A stretch of DNA of 64,000 nt, from NCBI GenBank assembly GCA_964347045.1, contig CAYFXC010000002.1, positions 32,001 through 96,000 on the forward strand, written 5' to 3'. The stretch comes from an uncultured archaeon (GTDB lineage Archaea; Asgardarchaeota; Hermodarchaeia; Hermodarchaeales; Hermodarchaeaceae). The position numbers were made by a program, and so were the translations under genes. Below, piece after piece: positions 18,927 through 29,235 of this stretch. The notes beneath the pieces were generated by a model, which was given only the letters and a program-made list of their open reading frames with translations, did no database searches and was not told the origin of the DNA. How positions within the stretch are numbered: position 1 is the first letter of the stretch; the number at the start of each line of letters is the position of its first letter.

Positions 18927-19871
18927 TTACACGAGTTTTCCTGGATCGCTGTAATGTTGTGGATTAGGATGAACCTCATCGATTAGACTTGCCTCGAAAA
19001 CCTCATTTTCTGAAAGTGGTCGTTCTATGTAACCCATTTCTTGAAGCACGGGATTGAAAGCTAGTGTGGAGTTGATATATTCAGAAGGAAGGCTTGCACA
19101 ATACTTAGGTGAAATTTGAAAAACTTGTATAAGGAAATTAGTATCCACAATTGAAATTTCTCTCTCCGCAATAGAAGCAGCTTTAACAGGATCTTCTCGC
19201 ATGAGGTTACAAGCATCTTCGTGTATCTGTAAAAATCCCCGAATAAGGTCTGGCTGATTAACAATCATTTCTTTTTTAGCAATGATACCATAACTTGGAT
19301 TATAGGGCCATATTTCACTGGGAGGTAATATTAGCGGGGCATCTAAGTATTTGGCTGCGAGGACAGCTAATGGAGGTGTACCACACCCAGCATCGACTTT
19401 TTTATCCTCCATCGCTTCAAGAATAAAATCAGCCCAAACAAAATTTTCAATTATGATTGAATCTGAGAGCCCAGCATCGGTAACTAGTTTTCGAATAATA
19501 ACGTCATGAATTGAGCCTCGAGAGGGCGTGCCAATCTTCTTCCCTTGGAATTGATGTAAGGTTGCTTCAATCGATCCGATTTCTTGAATCGTCTGATATC
19601 CAGCAAGCCCAGTTAGCACAGTTCCTTCGACGTGGCCTCCACCGATACATTGGATATCCAATCCCTGCTCCATACCAATCATCGCAGGAGGCAGACCAAT
19701 ATATCCAATGTCTAAATGTCCTTTTTTAAAGGCCTGCACCATCGCAGGTCCCGTGGGAAAGAGCTGCCATTTAGCTTGAACCTGCATTTTGTCTTCGACC
19801 CAATGTCCGCCCATCAGAATGAAAGCCGTGTGATAAGCCGTCGACAAGTGACCAATTCGGAGGATTGTCAT
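18927..19871 (-). CDS. NMT1/SsuA/THI5-like periplasmic-binding-fold protein lacking a signal peptide
   Basis: FPTGPAMVQAF..G.LDIGYIGLPP, GKKIGTPSRGSIHD. No hydrophobic N-terminus and no adjacent permease. Confidence 0.8.
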   Translation of the reverse strand: MTILRIGHLSTAYHTAFILMGGHWVEDKMQVQAKWQLFPTGPAMVQAFKKGHLDIGYIGLPPAMIGMEQGLDIQCIGGGHVEGTVLTGLAGYQTIQEIGSIEATLHQFQGKKIGTPSRGSIHDVIIRKLVTDAGLSDSIIIENFVWADFILEAMEDKKVDAGCGTPPLAVLAAKYLDAPLILPPSEIWPYNPSYGIIAKKEMIVNQPDLIRGFLQIHEDACNLMREDPVKAASIAEREISIVDTNFLIQVFQISPKYCASLPSEYINSTLAFNPVLQEMGYIERPLSENEVFEASLIDEVHPNPQHYSDPGKLV

Positions 19872-19942
19872 TGCAGTGAAACTTCTGCGTCTTGTGCCAC
19901 TTAATTATTATCCACAAGTAAGTATCGTGATCAGTACCTCGT

Positions 19943-21085
19943 TTAAAACACCCAATATCCAAGGAGCGCAAACATCCATCGCGCAATGAGTGCAATTAGG
20001 AGGATGAGATAAGTTACTGCGATATCCCAGAAGGATGACCGTTTCCTTCGGAAAGGAAGCCAGAAATACGCAAATGCAAGGAAGATTACAAAGTAGCTCG
20101 AGGTTATTAATATCCAACCCAAGATTCCGATAGTTCGATAAAATCCTAGAATTACACCAAAGAGGACGATGCCATACAAGTGATGAGCAACATATGAGAT
20201 AAGTGCAATTTGGCCGTTCATTTCAAAAAATCGGCTTGCAGAATTCCACCATTGCCATACATCTACAGAGGTGATGACACATGCGACAGCAAGGAGAGTC
20301 ATACCGGTAGAAAGAAGAAAGAAACCAGTGGTTAAAGGATATTGAGTGACAGGATCACCAAGAAGGAAGAAAGGCAGAACTAATAAACACAGAAGACTGC
20401 CAACAACGAATCCGTCATTAACAAGGCGTCGAGGATTCGGAGATTTATCAACAAATGCTTCCCCTACTATTGTGCCAATTATTGGACAGGCTAGCCATGG
20501 AAAAAGCGGAGCTTTTCCAGTAGCGATGATAGCTGAAAGATGGTCCAGCCAGGTTTGAGGTGGTGCATAGTGAATATTCCCAACAGTTCCGACAATCAAG
20601 TCATAATTTAACCATAAACGAAGAAAAGGAGCAATTATTATTAGAATTATTGGCAGGAAGACGCGATAGCGTCTGGGGAGATAAATTGTAAGTTGGGCAA
20701 CAATTAGTGATAAGCCAATGAGCTGAAGTATACTCCAATCAAGCACCCAGATGGTTCCAAACATGACTACAGAGAATAGATAGCCCAATCCCATGATGAG
20801 AATTCCACGAGAGAGTGCCCATTGCCAAATTGATTTTGTTGAGGCTCCTTTTAATCGGAATCGATGGTTTACCAAGACAACGCTAATTCCTGCAACAACA
20901 TAGAATAGTGGTGCAGGGATTATGCCAAAGAAGAGAATTAACATTGCAACTAGGGAATGGAATCCGCCGCCAACAAAGGTTTGTCCAAAGTGGTTGATAA
21001 TCATGAAAACTAAAGCAATACCGCGGAGTAGATCGACTGAAACAATTCGCTCCTCTTGTTCCACAAAAGCCTGTGTTTCACCCAT
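19943..21085 (-). CDS. HGSNAT/DUF1624-like membrane acyltransferase
   Basis: RIVSVDLLRGIALVFMIINH, APLF, ILQLIG, PLFPW. Confidence 0.82.
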   Translation of the reverse strand: MGETQAFVEQEERIVSVDLLRGIALVFMIINHFGQTFVGGGFHSLVAMLILFFGIIPAPLFYVVAGISVVLVNHRFRLKGASTKSIWQWALSRGILIMGLGYLFSVVMFGTIWVLDWSILQLIGLSLIVAQLTIYLPRRYRVFLPIILIIIAPFLRLWLNYDLIVGTVGNIHYAPPQTWLDHLSAIIATGKAPLFPWLACPIIGTIVGEAFVDKSPNPRRLVNDGFVVGSLLCLLVLPFFLLGDPVTQYPLTTGFFLLSTGMTLLAVACVITSVDVWQWWNSASRFFEMNGQIALISYVAHHLYGIVLFGVILGFYRTIGILGWILITSSYFVIFLAFAYFWLPFRRKRSSFWDIAVTYLILLIALIARWMFALLGYWVF

Positions 21086-21306
21086 AAATACTCAACCAGA
21101 TTAATAGGGGAGATATATTTTCAGAGAAGTTAGCGTTAGCCGTTCCATATAAGCGATACTAGAAACCTCTCAAGAATTCGCGAATTAATTAAAAGTCCTT
21201 GCAATGTCTCCCAAAGCCATATAACTACATAAAATTAGAGTGATTAGCCAATGGGAGGACTCCCTTTTCAGAAAGACACCCTGGCTCTTCCAGAGGGGTT
21301 TCACTC

Positions 21307-22539
21307 TTGTCTGTTCCACCAGCGGTCTGCACTTTCGTGTATCGTTTCGAACGTCCCTGTCACAAACGGGGGGAACGTTGCACCCACCCCACCGTCCCAG
21401 GTAGTCCATATTGTCGTTGGCACCAGGTCCTCCCCGACAAAGATTTACGGGGTATTGACTTCAGTGATGCAAATGAAGAACACAAACACCTTTGCGAAGC
21501 CCACCTTGTTGATGCACGATTGGATGAAGCTGTACTTTTAGAAGTACTGCTACATGATGCCAACCTCCATGGGGCATCTCTAACCAAAGCCAACTTACAG
21601 GGTGCCAATCTTTCCCAAGCCAACCTTCTTGAAGCAGATTTTTGGGGAGCAAACCTCAAAGGTGCAATCCTTTGGGGTGCAAATCTACAAGGTGCCCAGC
21701 TAATACTCACGCAGTTACAATTTGCTGATCTAATCAGAGCCAATCTTGAAAATGCCATGTTCGATGGAGCAACCTGTGAGTTTACAGATTTCCGCGGAGC
21801 GGACCTTCAACTCGCCCATTTCGAAGGAGCCCACATCACAAACTGCTATTTTGCAGGAGAATTTGGGTCAGCCCGTCTTATGCTATGCACTTTAAAAAAT
21901 GCAGATTCCCTTGATCATTTAGTAGCCAAAATGAGTCGATATGCCCTACATTCAGACTTAGGTTCAGGAGATAAACTTCGAGCTTACACCATCAACGATT
22001 ACCATATCAAACCGCGCGATCCTCGTGATATAGCTCGAGACCATCGTGTACTGAAAATTTATTTCAAACAAGAAGGACGATTAGACAGGAGTAGCAAGCA
22101 CTACTTAGATGAAATGCGATCAATGCGAAAACACTATTGGAACATGGCTTCCAACCAGAAAGCCAATAATAACGACGTAGAAAAATCATCAACAATCAAA
22201 AAAGTACGTTGGGCGGTCCGGGGGATCAACAGTAAATTATTGGACACCCTATTTGGCTATGGTGAAGAACCATCCAAGCTCATTGCTTGGACGATGTTCA
22301 CTGTCTTTTTGACGGCAATTGTTCTTTTTCTATTTGATTCATTACAGGGCATCCCAATGTCAACTCTTGTGGCTGGATTTATCACAAGCCTCGCTACCGC
22401 CCTTGTATCCTTTGCGATTGCACCTCCAATACCTGTCTGGCAGGTCCCACAATTTTGGATCGCAAGTGTTACTGCATTTATTGGTAAGTTTTTTCTAGCC
22501 CTCTTTGTGTTCATTTTAGGGCGAAAAGTTGAACGCTAA
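21307..22539 (+). CDS. Pentapeptide-repeat protein with N-terminal Cys/His cluster and C-terminal membrane module
   Basis: A(N/D)LxG repeats across roughly residues 60-180; C..C..C...YCRWH at the N-terminus; GYGEEP followed by TM helices. Confidence 0.85.
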   Translation: MSVPPAVCTFVYRFERPCHKRGERCTHPTVPGSPYCRWHQVLPDKDLRGIDFSDANEEHKHLCEAHLVDARLDEAVLLEVLLHDANLHGASLTKANLQGANLSQANLLEADFWGANLKGAILWGANLQGAQLILTQLQFADLIRANLENAMFDGATCEFTDFRGADLQLAHFEGAHITNCYFAGEFGSARLMLCTLKNADSLDHLVAKMSRYALHSDLGSGDKLRAYTINDYHIKPRDPRDIARDHRVLKIYFKQEGRLDRSSKHYLDEMRSMRKHYWNMASNQKANNNDVEKSSTIKKVRWAVRGINSKLLDTLFGYGEEPSKLIAWTMFTVFLTAIVLFLFDSLQGIPMSTLVAGFITSLATALVSFAIAPPIPVWQVPQFWIASVTAFIGKFFLALFVFILGRKVER

Positions 22540-23645
22540 TGTTCAAGAGCCGGATAAATCTCTGTAGCTAGTATCCGTGAGACATCAAAATAGGTGAATG
22601 GCGCATTTCGTTTACTCGCACCATTGATAATTTCGAAACAAAAACTTCTTGCTCCAGCTTCAACATACGCCTGAATCTTCTTTCTAATTTCCTCTTGTGA
22701 TCCCGCTAAGGTAATAGATTTTATCGCGTCTTCAGGGATATCTGCGACAATGGGCAGCATTTTACTATAATCAAGCTTCGCAATATCATCGGCGTCATAA
22801 GTGAGTAAGCTAATCCGATCTGGATCAATACCCTGATTCCTGTAAATTGAAGTGTACTCGTCTTTCCAATATCCTAGATCTTTCAAAACCGATGGCTGCA
22901 AAAAGAGTTGTTCACGCAATCCGCCTAAATATTGTGAGACACGTTCTGGGTCATCATTCATAAAGACACGACCCCAAAATCCAGAGGAAAGAGTGCTAGG
23001 TTCTCGACCTACAACTTTCATATGCTGATGGATATCTTTCAAGCCTTCTCGATACGTTTTAGGTAATGCTGGAAAGGGAAACCAACCATCGCCGAGTTCA
23101 GCCGTGAGTTTTCGAGTACGCGGACCATTTCCAGCAATCCATATGGGTGGAGAGGGCTGAGTGAGTGGTTTAGGTTCAAGGACAGCTTTATCAAGCTGGA
23201 AAAACTGCCCTTGAAAACTAATTGATCCTGATTGGGTCCAGAGCAATTTCATGACTTCAATACATTCTTGCATTCGACTCACGGCATATTTTGAGTCAAA
23301 CCCATATACGGCTAGGTTCATCTTCTCCCCTGCACCCATTCCCAAAATGAATCGTCCACCTGATTGATGATCCAAAGAAACAACATTTTGAGCAAGAATT
23401 GCGGGGTGAAGGCGAATGGCATCTGTCACAGCAACTCCGAAGGACATCTCTGGCGCAAGTTCAATAAGAGCTCCTAACATCGTCCATGGTGAAAGAAACG
23501 CATCAATAGCAAAAGGAGGCATTCCCCGTAAATGATCAGGTACCCAACATGTGTTCCAATTATTCTGTTCAATCATTGTTGCGATTTTGACCTTCACCAA
23601 ATCCCAAGATTGAGAAAAAAAGAGCTGCTGACCAAATTCTATCAT
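22536..23645 (-). CDS. LLM-class flavin/F420-dependent oxidoreductase
   Basis: WVPDHL, LDHQSGGRFILGMGAGE, PPIWIAGNGP, GDGW. Confidence 0.9.
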   Translation of the reverse strand: MIEFGQQLFFSQSWDLVKVKIATMIEQNNWNTCWVPDHLRGMPPFAIDAFLSPWTMLGALIELAPEMSFGVAVTDAIRLHPAILAQNVVSLDHQSGGRFILGMGAGEKMNLAVYGFDSKYAVSRMQECIEVMKLLWTQSGSISFQGQFFQLDKAVLEPKPLTQPSPPIWIAGNGPRTRKLTAELGDGWFPFPALPKTYREGLKDIHQHMKVVGREPSTLSSGFWGRVFMNDDPERVSQYLGGLREQLFLQPSVLKDLGYWKDEYTSIYRNQGIDPDRISLLTYDADDIAKLDYSKMLPIVADIPEDAIKSITLAGSQEEIRKKIQAYVEAGARSFCFEIINGASKRNAPFTYFDVSRILATEIYPALEH

Positions 23646-23715
23646 TTACACCACACGTGCCAAATGGGATCTGGTCTATCTTTCATACATTTAGATTCTT
23701 ATATCTGACCACTTG

Positions 23716-23940
23716 CTAGCCAGTTTCCTTTCTTGAGGAGATAATAATTATTAGAAGTGAAACAATGACTAGCCCGATTACAACCCACCAAACCCAGCCC
23801 ATCCAAATTAAAACACCATCTACTTCAGTCCAGCCACCAAAAACAGCCATATATCCAGCCGTAGTGAGTACAATAACTATCATAAGACTGATACAAGCCA
23901 CATCAACCTTGCTGAGCCCCATCATCTTAAAACCCTCCAT
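23716..23940 (-). CDS. Small 2-TM membrane protein
   Basis: Two hydrophobic helices with a basic C-terminus. Confidence 0.55.
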   Translation of the reverse strand: MEGFKMMGLSKVDVACISLMIVIVLTTAGYMAVFGGWTEVDGVLIWMGWVWWVVIGLVIVSLLIIIISSRKETG

Positions 23941-24145
23941 TTGGAATTTTGATTAGAAAACTCTGTAAGTAGCCACAACCTCAATCAATTGAGATTAATT
24001 CGTCCAAAGTATTTTGAGAATACGACACTATAAGGTTGACGATTTTGATGAATTGGGTAACAAGCCGCACACTTAAATTACTCCAGCCGACAATGAAAAT
24101 GAAAACTTCCTGTAAATTTATCTTCTTTCTCAGTAGGTGAAATTT

Positions 24146-25204
24146 ATGATTAAAACCAAACTCACCGAAATGCTCGGTTGCAAACACCCAATTATCCAAG
24201 CAGCGATGGGTCCCTTTTATACCACTAAACTTTGTGCAGCCGTCTCCAACGCTGGTGCCTTCGGTATTGTTTCACACACGAATCTACGAAACATTGACCC
24301 CATCAAAGAAATGGAAAAAAATATTCTCGATGTGGTTGAAAATACTGATGGCTCGTTCGGCGTGAACATTCGAACAGCTCGCCTTCAAATCGACTATCCT
24401 GAACTCATCAAGCTCATCCCTCGTTTGCGCAAAGAGAACAAAAAAGTGAGAGAACAACTCCGCCTAGTTATCACCTCAGCGGGGGATCCCCGTCCTGGGG
24501 CACATCATTTCAAAGACGTCGACCCCGACCTATTAGTCTTCCACGTAATTCCCGCTAAATGGCTTGCGGTCAAAGCACTAAATCCCGATTGGTTCCAGAA
24601 AAAATTCCCGGGTACGAAGGGCGTTCTTGATGGGATAGTAGCCACTGGCTACGAAGGCGGAGGCCATAACTCGTATGAAAAAGTCGCGACCACTGTCCTC
24701 ACAGCTGAAATGGTTGAACTAGCAGGTGATTTACCCGTTGTGTCCTGTGGGGGCTGGTATGATGGGAAGGGTCTTGCTGGGGCACTAGCCATGGGTGCAG
24801 TAGGCATTCAAATGGGCACTCGATTCATTGCCACAAAAGAATGCGAATTTCATGATGAGTACAAGGCACTGATTCTTCCCGCAACCGATGAAGACACTGT
24901 GATGACTACTGGAGCTTTTGGACCAATTCGATTGCTCAAGAATGAATATTCAAAGAAGCACGGGGTTCCGGTTCCCGACCGAGATGCACGAATGGCTGAA
25001 GAAGCCTCGATGACTGCCGATGATCTCCTCGATGAAATGGAGCGCTACGAACTCGTCTACAAAGGCGATGTGCAGAAAGGACCCATTTTAGTTGGTCAGA
25101 CTATCGGGGGAATCGATGATATTCCAACGGTCAAGGAAGTTGTTGACAGCATTGTCAAAGAAGCTGAGATGCGATTAAAAGACGTTTCAAAGCTTGTCAA
25201 CTAA
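24146..25204 (+). CDS. Nitronate monooxygenase / FabK-like FMN enoyl reductase
   Basis: PIIQAAMG, AVSNAGAFG, GYEGGGH, GIQMGTRF. AGGTGA RBS precedes ATG 24146. Confidence 0.88.
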   Translation: MIKTKLTEMLGCKHPIIQAAMGPFYTTKLCAAVSNAGAFGIVSHTNLRNIDPIKEMEKNILDVVENTDGSFGVNIRTARLQIDYPELIKLIPRLRKENKKVREQLRLVITSAGDPRPGAHHFKDVDPDLLVFHVIPAKWLAVKALNPDWFQKKFPGTKGVLDGIVATGYEGGGHNSYEKVATTVLTAEMVELAGDLPVVSCGGWYDGKGLAGALAMGAVGIQMGTRFIATKECEFHDEYKALILPATDEDTVMTTGAFGPIRLLKNEYSKKHGVPVPDRDARMAEEASMTADDLLDEMERYELVYKGDVQKGPILVGQTIGGIDDIPTVKEVVDSIVKEAEMRLKDVSKLVN

Positions 25205-25220
25205 GAATTCATTATCGCAC

Positions 25221-25260
25221 CGGGGAGCGTGGTTTATGCTCCTCGTCTCAATTTCATTCT
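25221..25260 (+). terminator. Hairpin after the FabK-like gene
   Basis: CGGGGAGCGTG-GTT-TATGCTCCTCG followed by a pyrimidine-rich run. Confidence 0.55.
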
Positions 25261-25483
25261 CATAACACCTAGGGATTATTTTTTGACTTCGTTTTGATAG
25301 CGATGAATGATAACATAAATTATGAGCTCTGAGGACTCTGAGCTCTTTCACCGACGTATTTCACCCTTCATTAAGGATTTTTGAGTTTTAGATTCCCTAA
25401 CATTTTATGAAAATGCTAATCAAATCCAAATCACTTTTAGTTTGCAGAAGGATTAAGTTCCGTGAAGCTAAGAAATTCTCGGA

Positions 25484-26275
25484 GTGTTAAGATTGGCGTC
25501 TGAGACTATGGCAGCCACTGAAGTGGTGGTTGAAGAGGTCTTAGGAGTTACTATTACAACCATTGTTGATAATCAAGTGGCACATCCGGGATTGGGTAAT
25601 GTCCGTGGATTATCCATTCACGTTGATGTGCTTTTTCCAGGGCGTACTGAAGCTTTGCTCATGGATACTAGTGGCAGTGCCCAAGTCTTTCGTCATAATG
25701 TGCAAGCCTTAGGAATTGATTTTGCGAATCTCCGTGCAATAGTAATCACACATTTTCATCAAGATCATTTTGGAGCAATTCAACCCACGTTGGAAATGAT
25801 TCAACATAATGATCTTGTCACCTATCTCCCAGCTCACCATGATGACCTGGAAGTAACCTTGAGTATGAAAAACATCCGCCATGTGATTGCCGAAGAAGCC
25901 AATATGATTCGTTCAGGTGTATCCACGACTGGGACAATGGGCCCAAAGAAGCTCAAAGAACATGCTGTTGTAGTTAATGTAGAAAGTGTTGGTCTCGTGC
26001 TGCTAACGGGATGTGCGCATCCCAAAGTTGGACGGGCTTTCCAGGCAGCAAAAAAAGTATTTCCGGGTCGTCAGGTGCATGCAGTGATTGGTGGTTTTCA
26101 TCTGAAAACAGAAGAGGAAGGGGTCATTGTAGGTGAACTTTTCAAAAAAGAAGGTGTAAAATTAGTCTCACCATGTAATTGCACTAAAAAACCAGCGAAG
26201 GAAGCGATTCTAAGCATCGTTGGTGAAAGTGTCTATCGGGAAAATGGTTCAGGAACTACCTTCACAATTCAATAG
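25484..26275 (+). CDS. MBL-fold metallo-hydrolase (archaeal dihydropteroate-synthase-like clade)
   Basis: TIVDN, LMDTS, THFHQDHFG, LTGCAHP, IGGFHL. Confidence 0.85.
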   Translation: MLRLASETMAATEVVVEEVLGVTITTIVDNQVAHPGLGNVRGLSIHVDVLFPGRTEALLMDTSGSAQVFRHNVQALGIDFANLRAIVITHFHQDHFGAIQPTLEMIQHNDLVTYLPAHHDDLEVTLSMKNIRHVIAEEANMIRSGVSTTGTMGPKKLKEHAVVVNVESVGLVLLTGCAHPKVGRAFQAAKKVFPGRQVHAVIGGFHLKTEEEGVIVGELFKKEGVKLVSPCNCTKKPAKEAILSIVGESVYRENGSGTTFTIQ

Positions 26276-26281
26276 TATCTG

Positions 26282-26888
26282 CTAAAGTTGTTTCCCAAGT
26301 TCAATCCAAAACTGATTTGGATCAGTTGGAACATCAATTAAAACTGGTTTTTTCGATTTGAATGATTTTCTGAATGCTGGTTTGAGCTCCTTTGGCTCAG
26401 TTATCCGAATACCTATGCCTCCGCTATTTTCTGCAAATGCAGCAAAATCGGGCTTGAGAAATTCGGTGGCACATTTGGGGAATTTCTCAAGGACTTGTTC
26501 ATGAGAAATCATGGATAGTTCACTGTTGTTGTATACAACGACCACAACAGGGAGTTGATATTTGACTGCTGTTGTGAAGTCACCCATTAGCATGGCAAAT
26601 GCACCATCACCAGTCAAGCTCACTGTGTTTCGGTTTTGATAAGCAAAAGCCGCACCTAGTGCTCCCGCAATGGATAGACAGCCACTTAGTTCATCTGTAA
26701 GCTTAGCGTAGGCGGAGGCCATTAAAGATGCGGTTTCCTCGTGACGAACAGTGACAAATGTCACCGAACCATTAGTTCGGAGCGCTTCAACAACCCCGAG
26801 GATGCTGTGACCCGGAATTCCAAAAATTGTATTTCACCCCAGCTTTAGCCAGCTGATCAACCAGAACTTCGGAAGCTGTTTTCTCCAT
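26282..26888 (-). pseudogene. Pyruvate oxidase/acetolactate synthase-like TPP enzyme pseudogene
   Basis: MEKTASEVLVDQLAKAGVKY, then +1 frameshift near 26828, then IFGIPGHS...RHEETA. The N-domain joins directly to the C-terminal GDG...NN TPP motif, so the central part is missing. Confidence 0.85.
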
Positions 26889-26979
26889 AAAATCCCTCAG
26901 ACAAAAAGAATTTTAGAATACTTATGGCTTTTTGAGTCTAATTAATAAGTTGTAGATCCGCGTGATGCTTGGTTGAATT

Positions 26980-27903
26980 ATGAAGCCAGAACAACTCATA
27001 TTCACTACGGTGTTATTCCCTCGAAAAGAATCAGAAACCAATGCACTTCTTCTTGTGGAAAGCATTCGAACGTTTGCTGAATCTTTATCAAAAAATCCTA
27101 TATGGGTTTTAACCCCCGAATCCTCCCAAGATCTATCAAATTCAACAAAGACCCGGTTAGAAGACCTTGATGTTGAAATCATTCCATTCGCCATGGATGA
27201 ATCAAAGCTCCCATTCTTTTTTGCAGATACAATCCAAGCGATTGCCTTTGCTGAAGCATTAGCAGAAAGAGATACCTCATTACTCGCTTGGTTAGATTCG
27301 AACACTCTTGTCTTGAATGATCCCAAAGAATTTCTCTTGCCGGAAGATAAAAGTCTTGGATTTCGACCAGTGCACCACACATTAATTGGATCACGCTATA
27401 AGGATCCTCTTGATCCATTCTGGACAGAGATCTATGAATTTTATCAGGTTCCACAAGACCGCATCTTCCCAATGGTAACACATGTCGACACAACCCAAAT
27501 ACGTCCATACTTCAACGCGGGTATTCTCGTGACGCGCCCCACCAATCGACTATTTCGAATATGGCATGATACATTTTTCGAACTTTATAAGAAACCACCC
27601 TTTCAAAGATTTTATCAACAAAATAAACGATACAAAGTTTTTATCCATCAAGCAGCACTTTCCGGTGTGATTCTCTCGATGTTTCCAATGGGAGAACTTC
27701 ATGAACTTCCGAAGACCTATAATTACCCCCTCCACCTTTTTGAAGAGGACGTTTCAAATACCCGTCCAACCACGATTGAAGATCTCGTTACTGTTCGACA
27801 TGAAGGGTTTTATCGAGACCAAGACTGGCTTGATAAAATTCCTGCACAGGAATTCCTGAAGAAATGGATATCAAAAAAACTAGCAGCCAATTCATTCATG
27901 TAA
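26980..27903 (+). CDS. Hypothetical protein, GT-A/GT8-like glycosyltransferase fold
   Basis: LLVESIRTF, WLDSNTLV (DxD-like), YFNAG, HQAAL, YNYP. Confidence 0.55.
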   Translation: MKPEQLIFTTVLFPRKESETNALLLVESIRTFAESLSKNPIWVLTPESSQDLSNSTKTRLEDLDVEIIPFAMDESKLPFFFADTIQAIAFAEALAERDTSLLAWLDSNTLVLNDPKEFLLPEDKSLGFRPVHHTLIGSRYKDPLDPFWTEIYEFYQVPQDRIFPMVTHVDTTQIRPYFNAGILVTRPTNRLFRIWHDTFFELYKKPPFQRFYQQNKRYKVFIHQAALSGVILSMFPMGELHELPKTYNYPLHLFEEDVSNTRPTTIEDLVTVRHEGFYRDQDWLDKIPAQEFLKKWISKKLAANSFM

Positions 27904-28035
27904 TCAGTAGTATCCCCATGTAGGAGTAATAAGGTAAAGCGCCCTTTTGCCTTCATAGCGAATTACCCGGGAATCATGCATTTTTCTATGGTTGTTTACG
28001 CTCCCTTAGAAAGCATCAAGAAATGAATTCAGATG

Positions 28036-28578
28036 CTACTTTGATGGATTAAGTTCTGTTAAAACGAGGTTCACATCATCAACTAGTTCAGGTGGATCTT
28101 TGACGTTTTGAAAAGATGCAGCTATCGCATAAACCGCGTTGATTTGTGGACGAGAAAGGCCTTGACTTCTCAAATCTCGAACACGTTGAATCAAAGAATG
28201 AATAGCAGGGTAAATTTGAGTTGTTAAATAATCTTGAAAGACTTCACGTTTATTGACATCCACATAGTGGACTTCAACACCATATTTGTAACACGCACCC
28301 AAGATCCGCTCACGGATTTCTTCAGTGGCCACACCAATAGGAATCACAACAACGGGTGTACCTTCAGGCATAGCAACCTTATTTTGCACAGCCCGACCCA
28401 CGGCTTCATACACATCACCCGGGCTCCGAATCCATTTAGCTTCAGCAAGAAGTATTCGACTTCCAGACTTTGCCAACAAATCCACTACGCCCCCCGGAAT
28501 CGTAGCCTTTTGCTCAACGTCATACCCGCTAGCTTCTAGATGCCTTCGATATACTGATAATAGAAGATACTCTGACAT
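28036..28578 (-). CDS. PD-(D/E)xK nuclease-fold protein
   Basis: GYDVEQ...VVDLLAK...LLAEAKW...EAVGRA. RBS-like GAAGTGA precedes ATG 28578. Confidence 0.7.
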   Translation of the reverse strand: MSEYLLLSVYRRHLEASGYDVEQKATIPGGVVDLLAKSGSRILLAEAKWIRSPGDVYEAVGRAVQNKVAMPEGTPVVVIPIGVATEEIRERILGACYKYGVEVHYVDVNKREVFQDYLTTQIYPAIHSLIQRVRDLRSQGLSRPQINAVYAIAASFQNVKDPPELVDDVNLVLTELNPSK

Positions 28579-28782
28579 AATATCACTTCTATCATGTACA
28601 ATAGTTTCAAAGAACCTTTTGAGATTGTCGGCACTTGATCTCAACACCTAGAAGTTACCAATTTTACTTAGAAGCAAGAAAAGGTATAGAGGAAGGAGTG
28701 ACGCAGCCTTTCCTAATTCAAAAATTAAACGCCTAAATAGAAGGAGAGTACTTTCTGTAATAATTGACAGGATTTTTTCTCT

Positions 28783-29235
28783 TTGAGTAAATCAAAGAAG
28801 AGCAAAAAACAATCAAGGATTAGAGCGAATGCAAGATCTATAATAATCGTAGTGATCTTAATCACTATCTTCAGCGGTGTTTCATTTTATCTGGGAATGG
28901 CCACTCCCCGTACTTTTACCACACCTGTCAATCTTAGTGGTTTTACCTTATCATTGAACGATGACATCACCGTGATTTATGGTCCAGCCCATACTGGTAT
29001 CAGAATAACATTTCAGGTTACGTCCCAATCACATTCATGGACCCTTGACATTAGAGATATAAATGGAGCTCCAGTCGGTATGCTATCAGATTGGGGGACT
29101 GGAATCTTCTCAACTCCTTGGCTTTACGCTCCAGGCGGTTGTATCATTCTGATACATTCATCATCTAGCTCTCCAACTAGCATGAATTTAGATGGGATTC
29201 TAACAATTATATCGAGTCGATTCCCCTTTATCTAA
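28783..29235 (+). CDS. Membrane-anchored hypothetical protein
   Basis: Basic N-terminus, one TM, beta-rich C-domain. Confidence 0.6.
   Translation: MSKSKKSKKQSRIRANARSIIIVVILITIFSGVSFYLGMATPRTFTTPVNLSGFTLSLNDDITVIYGPAHTGIRITFQVTSQSHSWTLDIRDINGAPVGMLSDWGTGIFSTPWLYAPGGCIILIHSSSSSPTSMNLDGILTIISSRFPFI

Noticed and set aside
21560-21830. GCCAAC/GCAAAT-type DNA periodicity
   Set aside because: Explained by pentapeptide-repeat coding; not an independent DNA repeat.
27904-28035. Possible gene remnant on the minus strand (...FTLLLLHGD...)
   Set aside because: Too short and interrupted to assign.
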